Shown here: in pieces, positions 45,847 to 52,162 of the stretch | How the letters are laid out: the number at the start of each line of letters is the position of its first letter | How positions within the stretch are numbered: position 1 is the first letter of the stretch | Position numbers and translations under genes: made by a program | Assembly: GCA_944354535.1 (NCBI GenBank) | Contig: CALVPY010000009.1 | Span: forward strand, 1,599-65,598 | DNA: 64,000 nucleotides | Source of the DNA: an uncultured Clostridia bacterium | GTDB lineage: Bacteria > Bacillota > Clostridia > Christensenellales > Borkfalkiaceae | Direction: 5' to 3' | Notes under the pieces: model-generated | Told to the model about the DNA's origin: nothing | What the model saw: only the letters and a program-made list of their open reading frames with translations | The model's database searches: none

Positions 45847-47258
45847 AGTGTGTTCTTGCCATCGACCAGAGCACGCAGGGCACGAAGGCGCTTCTTCTCG
45901 ACGAAGAGGGGCGGGTGATCGCGCGCGCCGCAAGGCCGCACAGGCAGATCGTCGACGGGCGGGGCTATATCTCCCATGACCTCAATGAGATCTGGCGCAA
46001 CGTGCTCCTCGCGGCGCGGGAGTGCGTGGGGGAGCGGGCTGCAAGCGTGAAAGCGGTCGGCATCTCCAATCAACGGGAGACGAGTTGTGTATGGAATGAT
46101 GAGGGGCCGCTTGCGGATGCCGTCGTCTGGCAATGTGCACGCGCGAAGGATATTTCCGACTCCCTCGCTCCGTATGCGGAATTTGTACGCGGGAGGACAG
46201 GACTGCCCCTCTCGCCCTATTTCCCCGCCGCGAAGTACGCGTGGCTGCTTCGGAATACGGAGAATAGCGGGAAGGTACGCCTCGGCACGATCGACAGCTT
46301 TCTCGTATGGAAGCTGACGGGGAACTTTTATACCGACTACTCCAACGCCTCGCGCACGCAGCTCTTCGATCTTCATACGCTGCAATGGGATGAGGAGCTG
46401 TGCCGCCTCTTCGGCGTGAATATGGCGTCGCTGCCCGAGGTCAAAGACAGCGACGGCGTGTTCGGCATGACGGATATGGGCGGGCTGTTCCCCGAAAGGG
46501 TGCCCGTCTGCGGCGTTCTGGGCGATTCGCACGCCGCCCTCTTTGCCGAAGGGTGCCTTGCGGCGGGGCAGCTCAAAGTGACCTACGGCACGGGGAGCTC
46601 CGTGATGATGAACGTGGGCGAAAAGCCCGTTGGGAGCCGCCACGGGCTTGCCTCATCGCTCGCCTGGAAGCGGAAGGGGAAAGTCAGCTACGTTTTGGAA
46701 GGGAATATTAATTATTCCTGCGCCGTCATCACCTGGCTGAAAGACGATCTGGGGCTCATTTCCGATGCGAAAGAGGTAGGCGCACTTGCGGCGGAGGCAA
46801 ACGAGCGGGATGAGACGGTGCTCATCCCCGCCTTTTCGGGGCTCTCCGCACCCTATTGGAAACCCGAGGCGAAGGCGGCGATCCTCAATATGACCCGCAC
46901 GACGGGGAAAAAGGAGCTTTGCCGTGCGGCAGAGGAGAGCATCGCCTTTCAGATCGCCGACATCGTGGACGCACTGCGCGCTGATACGGGGTCGGAAATT
47001 TCCGAATTGCGCGCGGACGGCGGGGCGGCGGGGGATGCCTTCCTCATGCAGCTGCAGGCGGATGCTTCGGGGGCAAACGTGCTTGCTTCCTGCGAGCGCG
47101 AGCTCTCGCCCCTCGGAGCAGGATATTTGGCAGGCATCTCGGCGGGGGTGTACGGGGAGGACGTCCTCAAAAAGCGCACCCTCTGCTATGAGCCGCGGGA
47201 AAACGAGCGTGTGGCGGCCGCCCGCGCCCGCTTTCAAAAATGTTTGAAGCTGTTATAG
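45843..47258 (+). CDS. FGGY-family carbohydrate kinase (glycerol/xylulose-kinase-like)
   Basis: An ATGA overlap joins it to the transketolase C-subunit stop. It starts MKCVLAIDQSTQGTKALLLDEEG. It has ISNQRETSCVW and GVLGDSHAALF. Confidence 0.85.
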   Translation: MKCVLAIDQSTQGTKALLLDEEGRVIARAARPHRQIVDGRGYISHDLNEIWRNVLLAARECVGERAASVKAVGISNQRETSCVWNDEGPLADAVVWQCARAKDISDSLAPYAEFVRGRTGLPLSPYFPAAKYAWLLRNTENSGKVRLGTIDSFLVWKLTGNFYTDYSNASRTQLFDLHTLQWDEELCRLFGVNMASLPEVKDSDGVFGMTDMGGLFPERVPVCGVLGDSHAALFAEGCLAAGQLKVTYGTGSSVMMNVGEKPVGSRHGLASSLAWKRKGKVSYVLEGNINYSCAVITWLKDDLGLISDAKEVGALAAEANERDETVLIPAFSGLSAPYWKPEAKAAILNMTRTTGKKELCRAAEESIAFQIADIVDALRADTGSEISELRADGGAAGDAFLMQLQADASGANVLASCERELSPLGAGYLAGISAGVYGEDVLKKRTLCYEPRENERVAAARARFQKCLKLL

Positions 47259-47263
47259 GAAGG

Positions 47264-47288
47264 AAAGCCCGCACACGCGGGCTTTTTT
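47264..47288 (+). terminator. rho-independent terminator ending the transketolase operon
   Basis: AAAGCCCGC-acac-GCGGGCTTTTTT. Confidence 0.7.
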
Positions 47289-47385
47289 CTAATAAAAAAG
47301 AAACAATTTTGCAACATATCAAACAGATATGCAAGACAAGGCGGCTGCTTTGTGCTATAATAGAGAAAATGTTTGGAGGTGAAAG

Positions 47386-48057
47386 ATGGACGAACAAGCA
47401 GTCAAGCAATTCAGAGACTACATGATCGAGGCGGGGCGGCGCGACCGTGAACAGAAGTACGAGAAATATCGCCGCCTCAACAAGTTCTGCGAAAAGGGGC
47501 AGATCTTGTTCACGGGCTCTTCGCTCATGGAGTATTTCCCCGTCGTGGAGATGACGGAAGGACTGGCCAAGAAGAAGGTCTATAACCGCGGGGTGGGGGG
47601 CTCGACATCTTTTGAGTTCCTCGATCATATCGACGCGGTGCTCTTTGATTTGGAGCCGAGCGTTGTCTTTCTCAATATCGGCACCAACGATCTGAGCAGG
47701 CCCGACTATTCGCACGAGGGTTTGAAGGAGCGGTACCGCTCTATTTTCACGCAGATCGGAAAGCGGCTGCCCGAAGCAAAGGTGTATTTTATGGCGTTCT
47801 ATCCTATGAACGAGGCGAAAATGCCGCACCCGATGGCGTTCGGGCTGCGCACGAACGAGCTCACAACGGAAGCCAACGCCGCCGTGAAGGAAGTGTGCGC
47901 GGAGTTCCCGTTTGTGGAGTATCTTGACTGCAACGAGGGGCTCAAAGACGAGGCGGGGAAGCTCAAAGAGGAGTTTGCGATCGACGGCGTGCATATGTGG
48001 CCTGAGGCGTATGCGCTCGTTCTGGAAGCGCTCAAGCCCTGTCTGGAGGCGCTGTGA
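47386..48057 (+). CDS. SGNH/GDSL-family hydrolase (esterase)
   Basis: SGNH blocks are present: I FTGSSLM, II GVGGSTS, III IGTNDL, V DGVHM. Confidence 0.8.
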   Translation: MDEQAVKQFRDYMIEAGRRDREQKYEKYRRLNKFCEKGQILFTGSSLMEYFPVVEMTEGLAKKKVYNRGVGGSTSFEFLDHIDAVLFDLEPSVVFLNIGTNDLSRPDYSHEGLKERYRSIFTQIGKRLPEAKVYFMAFYPMNEAKMPHPMAFGLRTNELTTEANAAVKEVCAEFPFVEYLDCNEGLKDEAGKLKEEFAIDGVHMWPEAYALVLEALKPCLEAL

Positions 48058-48365
48058 TGAGCGCTGTCATTTCCGCCTTTGAAGCGGTGATGCTCGTTTG
48101 CTTCGGCGTAAGCTGGCCTGTTTCCGTCGTCAAGTCTTACCGTGCTCGCACGACAAAGGGCAAGAGCATCCTCTTCCTGTTTGCGATCTGGATCGGCTAT
48201 GTGTTCGGGCTCGCGGGCAAAGTTTTGCTCGCCGTAGAGACCGGGAGCATTCCCTATGTGCTCTTTATCTATGCGTTCAATCTCATCGTTGTGTCGCTCG
48301 ATCTCATCTTATACTTCCGCAATCTGCGCCTTGATAAAAAGGCGGCGGAAACAGGGAGAGAGTAA
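48054..48365 (+). CDS. small 3-TM membrane protein, PQ-loop/SemiSWEET-like
   Basis: An ATGA overlap joins it to the SGNH gene. It has three predicted TM helices in 103 aa. After TM1, SWPVSVVKSYRARTTKGKS resembles the PQ-loop motif, with PV in place of PQ. Confidence 0.5.
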   Translation: MMSAVISAFEAVMLVCFGVSWPVSVVKSYRARTTKGKSILFLFAIWIGYVFGLAGKVLLAVETGSIPYVLFIYAFNLIVVSLDLILYFRNLRLDKKAAETGRE

Positions 48366-48380
48366 GTGATGTTTTGTATT

Positions 48381-48417
48381 GCCGCGGCGGCGGGGCAAAC
48401 TGCCCCGCCACCGCGGC
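48381..48417 (+). terminator. GC-rich stem-loop after the PQ-loop gene
   Basis: GCCGCGGCGGCGGGGC-aaact-GCCCCGCCACCGCGGC is followed by TTTC. Confidence 0.5.
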
Positions 48418-48475
48418 TTTCAAAAAGGGCGCCCTGCGGTTTATGCCGCAGGGCGCACCATGTTGATTTGCTTCG

Positions 48476-49100
48476 TTAATTTGCTTCGTAGCCGTTCGGG
48501 TTATGACTCTGCCGGTTCCACTGGTCGCGGCACATCTCCTCGATGCCGTTTTTTGCCTCCCAGCCAAGCTCTCTCTTTGCCTTGGAAGCGTCGGCATAGC
48601 AGACGGCGATATGCCCACGCGGCGGGGCTTGATCTAGTAGGGGAGCGTCTTTTTGCACGCCTTTTCGAAGGCGTGGATCATATCGAGCACGCTGTAGCCG
48701 ACGCCCGTGCCGAGATTATAGACGTACACGCCCGCTTCCTTGCAGCCCTCGATGAGGGGGAGCTTTTCGGGCGTGCCGTAGACGGTCGCAGAAGACGAGA
48801 AGACGAGCTTTTTGACGTTATGCGCCTTCATCGTTTCGAGGAGAACGAGGGTGCCGTAGAGGTTGTTGTCGTAGTACTCGATAGGTTTTTGCACGCTCTC
48901 GCCCACCGCTTTGAGACCCGCGAAGTGGATGACGGCGTCAAACGTGTTCTCTGAAAAGATGCGCTCCATTGCAGCGCGGTCGCGGATGTCCGCATTGTAG
49001 AATGCGACCTCTTTGCCCGTGATCGTTTTGACGCGGCGGAGCGATTCTTCATTCGAATTGGAAAGATTGTCGACGACTATGACGCCGTAGCCGCGCTCTT
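48476..49100 (-). pseudogene. galE: UDP-glucose 4-epimerase pseudogene
   Basis: The minus-strand translation reads [21 protein letters not shown]...[15 protein letters not shown]...[18 protein letters not shown]|..|[19 protein letters not shown]...LPY*. After a 1-nt frameshift it continues GHIAVCYADASKAKRELGW...NPNGY. It lacks the GGAGYIG N-terminus. It has an in-frame deletion of roughly 100 codons, a TAG nonsense codon and a frameshift near 48640-48655. Confidence 0.8.
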
Positions 49101-49130
49101 CTTCAGGAGCAATATCCCTCGCTTTGGCCT

Positions 49131-49337
49131 TCCAATGCTTTTATCGGGAACGTCCTGCGCCTCTCCGTCCTGGCGCGCGAGGGAAGAAAAGAGCAGTTCC
49201 TTCGTGAGATCAAGGCGTGCTATCTCTATATGGCCGAGCGCACGGGCACGCTTTGGGAGTACAACGAGCCGACTGACTCCTGCTGCCACGGGTTCGCATC
49301 CGTCGCTGCCGTCTGGCTGAAGGAGATCTTCGCTTGA
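49131..49337 (+). pseudogene. 3' remnant of a six-hairpin-type glycoside hydrolase gene
   Basis: A frame ending at the TGA 49335-49337 reads ...[65 protein letters not shown]. The TLWE...S.CHG(F/W)(A/S) ending resembles the C-termini of (alpha/alpha)6 glycosidases. It has no start codon or N-terminal body. Confidence 0.4.
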
Positions 49338-49386
49338 CAGGAGCGGGAAAGTGCGGTAAAATAGCAAAAAACGCAAGGAGAACATC

Positions 49387-50004
49387 ATGAAAGAGCGCGA
49401 TAAAATGCACACGGGGGAGCTTTATCTTCCCGGGGATGAGGAGATCATGAAGGAGCAGACGGCGTGCCTCGAAAAGCTTTACGACTACAACGCGACGCGG
49501 CCTTCGGAAGGGGAGAAGCGGGCGCGGCTCCTCAAAGAGATGTTTTTATCGATCGGCGAGGGCACTTATATCGAGCCGCCGTTGCACGCTAATTGGGGCG
49601 GGGCGCACTGCCGATTCGGCAAAAACGTGTATGCAAATTTCAATCTGACGCTCGTCGACGATACCTATATCGAGGTGGGCGACAACGTGATGATGGCGCC
49701 CAACGTCGTGCTCGCAACGGCGGCGCATCCCATTCTTCCTAAGCTTCGCGCAAAGACCTATCAGTACAATGCGCCCATCCGCATCGGCGATGATTGCTGG
49801 CTGGGGGCGGGGGTCATCGTGCTGCCCGGGGTCACCATCGGGAGGGGGAGCGTCATCGGCGCGGGGAGCGTCGTGACGAAGGATATCCCCGAAAACGTCG
49901 TGGCGTTCGGCGTGCCCTGCCGCGTCATTCGCCCCATCGGGGAGAGGGACAGGGAATTCTATTTCCGAAATAGGAGGATCGATCCTGCGCTCCTGGAAGA
50001 ATGA
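49387..50004 (+). CDS. maa: maltose/galactoside O-acetyltransferase (hexapeptide-repeat)
   Basis: RBS AAGGAGAA. The N-terminal Maa/LacA motif is MHTGELYLPGDEEIMKEQ. Left-handed beta-helix hexapeptide repeats are present (IGDDCWLGAGVIVLPGVTIGRGSVIGAGSVV). Confidence 0.85.
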   Translation: MKERDKMHTGELYLPGDEEIMKEQTACLEKLYDYNATRPSEGEKRARLLKEMFLSIGEGTYIEPPLHANWGGAHCRFGKNVYANFNLTLVDDTYIEVGDNVMMAPNVVLATAAHPILPKLRAKTYQYNAPIRIGDDCWLGAGVIVLPGVTIGRGSVIGAGSVVTKDIPENVVAFGVPCRVIRPIGERDREFYFRNRRIDPALLEE

Positions 50005-50010
50005 AGGGAA

Positions 50011-50082
50011 GCGGCGGCGGGGCCCAAAGCCCCGCCGCCGCGTAAGATAACGGGGCGCCGCGGCATGAGCCGCGGCGCCCCG
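50011..50082. terminator. two very stable GC hairpins between convergent genes
   Basis: 50011-50041 has a 13-bp stem (GCGGCGGCGGGGC/GCCCCGCCGCCGC). 50051-50082 has a 14-bp stem (CGGGGCGCCGCGGC/GCCGCGGCGCCCCG). Confidence 0.5.
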
Positions 50083-50116
50083 CTTCATATTTGATCTGTT
50101 TTTCGGGTTCGTTCGT

Positions 50117-51508
50117 TCACTTTGTCAGCACGCGTGCCATATGGATGCCCATGACGGAAGCCATCATGAGGCCGCGCGTCCAGCCGCTCGAATCGCCCAG
50201 GCAATACAAATTCCTGACCGAGGTGCGAAGATCTTTGTCCATCTTCACTTTGTTGCTGTAGAATTTGAGCTCGGGGGAGTAGAGCAGCGTCTCCTTAGAG
50301 GCAAAGCCCGGTACGACTTCGTCGAGCGATTTGATGAAGTTGATGATGCCCGTCATCGCGCGGTAGGGCATGGCCGCCGTGATGTCGCCCGCGACCGCAT
50401 CGGGAAGGGTGGGCTTGACGTTGGAACGCGAGAGCTCCTTCTGCCAGGTGCGCTTGCCGTCCAAAATATCGCCGAAGCGCTGCACGAGGATGCTGCCCGC
50501 GCCCAGCATATTGGTGAGTTCGCCCACCTTCTTTGCATAGGTGATGGGCTGATGGAAGGGTTCGGTGAAGTTCTGCGAGACGAGGATGGCGAGGTTGGTG
50601 TTGTCCGACTTTCTCTCCTTGAAGCTGTGCCCGTTGACGACGGCAAGATCGTTGTCGTAATTCTCCTGCGCGACGAAGCCGCCCGGGTTCTGGCAGAAGG
50701 TGCGCACCTTGTCCTTGAAGGGGTTGGGGTAGCCGATGAGCTTGGATTCATAGAGTACCTTGTTGACGGTCTCCATGATCTCGTTGCGCACTTCGACGCG
50801 GACGCCGATGTCGACGGTGCCCGCGACGTGAGCGATGCCGTGGACGATGCACACGCGTGCCAGCCAGTCCGCGCCCCGTCTGCCGACGCCCACGATGACA
50901 TGATCGGCTTCCAAAAGCTCCTCGTTCCCGCTCTTATCTGCAATGCGCACGCCCGTGCAGACGTCGTTCTTGATGAGAAGGTCGAGGCACTCCGTCCGAA
51001 AGCGCATCTCGACGCCGTTTTCAAGAAGATGCTGTTCGATGGCATAGTAGAGCTCCTGCGCCTTCTCCGTACCGAGGTGGCGGATGGGGCAGTCGACGAG
51101 CTTGAGCCCTGCCATGATGGCGCGGCGGCGAATGTCTTTGATCTCCTCCGAGTGCCCGACGCCCTCCACCTTGTGGTCGGCGCCGAAGGAGAGATAGATC
51201 TCGTCGGCATAGTCGATGAGCTCCTGCGCGTACTGTTCGCCGATGAGGTCGGGGAGGTCTCCGCCCACTTCGTAGTTCAAGGAGAGCTTGCCGTCCGAAA
51301 AGGCGCCTGCGCCCGAAAAGCCCGTCGTGATATGGCAGGGCTTGCAGGAAGCGCAGTGGCCCGTCTTGGACTTGGGACACTTGCGGTTTTCGATGGCGGA
51401 GCCCTTCTCGATGATGAGGATAGAGCCCTTATAGCCCTTATTTTTGAGCTCGAGCGCCGTGAAGATGCCCGCAGGGCCTGCGCCCACGATGATGGTATCG
51501 TATTTCAT
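50117..51508 (-). CDS. FAD-dependent oxidoreductase-like protein (COG2509-type, function unknown)
   Basis: GGAGGAAA lies 5 nt before the ATG at 51508. The dinucleotide-binding start is MKYDTIIVGAGPAGIFTALEL. A Cys cluster CPKSKTGHCASCKPC is present. Confidence 0.8.
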   Translation of the reverse strand: MKYDTIIVGAGPAGIFTALELKNKGYKGSILIIEKGSAIENRKCPKSKTGHCASCKPCHITTGFSGAGAFSDGKLSLNYEVGGDLPDLIGEQYAQELIDYADEIYLSFGADHKVEGVGHSEEIKDIRRRAIMAGLKLVDCPIRHLGTEKAQELYYAIEQHLLENGVEMRFRTECLDLLIKNDVCTGVRIADKSGNEELLEADHVIVGVGRRGADWLARVCIVHGIAHVAGTVDIGVRVEVRNEIMETVNKVLYESKLIGYPNPFKDKVRTFCQNPGGFVAQENYDNDLAVVNGHSFKERKSDNTNLAILVSQNFTEPFHQPITYAKKVGELTNMLGAGSILVQRFGDILDGKRTWQKELSRSNVKPTLPDAVAGDITAAMPYRAMTGIINFIKSLDEVVPGFASKETLLYSPELKFYSNKVKMDKDLRTSVRNLYCLGDSSGWTRGLMMASVMGIHMARVLTK

Positions 51509-51560
51509 ACTGTTTCCTCCGCGCTGCCGGCAATTTCCGCAGCGGTTGTTTTTTGTTGTT

Positions 51561-52005
51561 CCCCGCAAAAGCCGCACGGCGAGTTTTGTGGGGATCTTTT
51601 TACTCCCTCAGGCGTGACACCGGGCTTAACAACCCTCCCGCCTCGCTTCGCTCGGCACCCTCCCTTACACAGGGAGGGCTCATGGGATAGGGCTCCCGCA
51701 AAGATTTTGCGTTAGCAAAAGATTTGTGGGGCTTATTTTCAGGGTTCCCGAAAATCTTTTTCGCAGAAAAAGATTTTTGGGAGAATATTTATGGGGTCCC
51801 CGCAAAAGTCGCGTAGCGAGTTTTGTGGGGAAAGGAGGAGCAAGCGCTTAAAACGTGGTGTTTGCCGTCAGGCAAATACCCGAAAAGAGCGCCCTGAATG
51901 GGGTCCCCGCAAAAGTCGCGTAGCGAGTTTTGTGGGGAAAGGAGGAACCGACGTTATCAGCGTGGCATTCGCCATCAGGCGGATGCCCGCAAAAGGCGTC
52001 GTGTT
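51561..52005 (+). repeat. array of five related hairpins plus a 107-bp tandem duplication
   Basis: The hairpins are 51561-51593, 51695-51730, 51746-51782, 51797-51831 and 51904-51938, all of the form (T)CCC(C)GCAAAA...TTTTGTGGG(G). A perfect 49-bp direct repeat lies at 51791-51839 and 51898-51946. Confidence 0.65.
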
Positions 52006-52012
52006 CCGACGC

Positions 52013-52096
52013 GGTGCCGCCGATCGGCCTCGAACCGATACGCCTTTCGGCACAGGATCCTAAGTCCTGCGCGTCTGCCAATTTCGCCACGGCGGC
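52013..52096 (-). tRNA. tRNA-Leu (anticodon UAG)
   Basis: The reverse complement folds as a cloverleaf. The acceptor is GCCGCCG/CGGCGGC, the anticodon stem CAGGA/TCCTG, and the loop CTTAGGA. It has a long variable arm TGCCGAAAGGCGT and T-arm ATCGG-TTCGAGG-CCGAT. The discriminator is A, and only CC of the CCA is encoded. Confidence 0.9.
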
Positions 52097-52162
52097 ATAT
52101 GCGCCGTCATAAAGACGGCGCAGTCGAAATTTCAACGGATCGTCGGACGATGCGTCGCTGTT

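Noticed and set aside
51561-51938. Possible CRISPR array (repeated palindromic ~35-nt units)
   Set aside because: The five hairpins are not identical. Their spacing is irregular (about 100, 15, 14 and 72 nt between units). No cas genes are nearby. They fit a REP-like or structured-RNA interpretation better.
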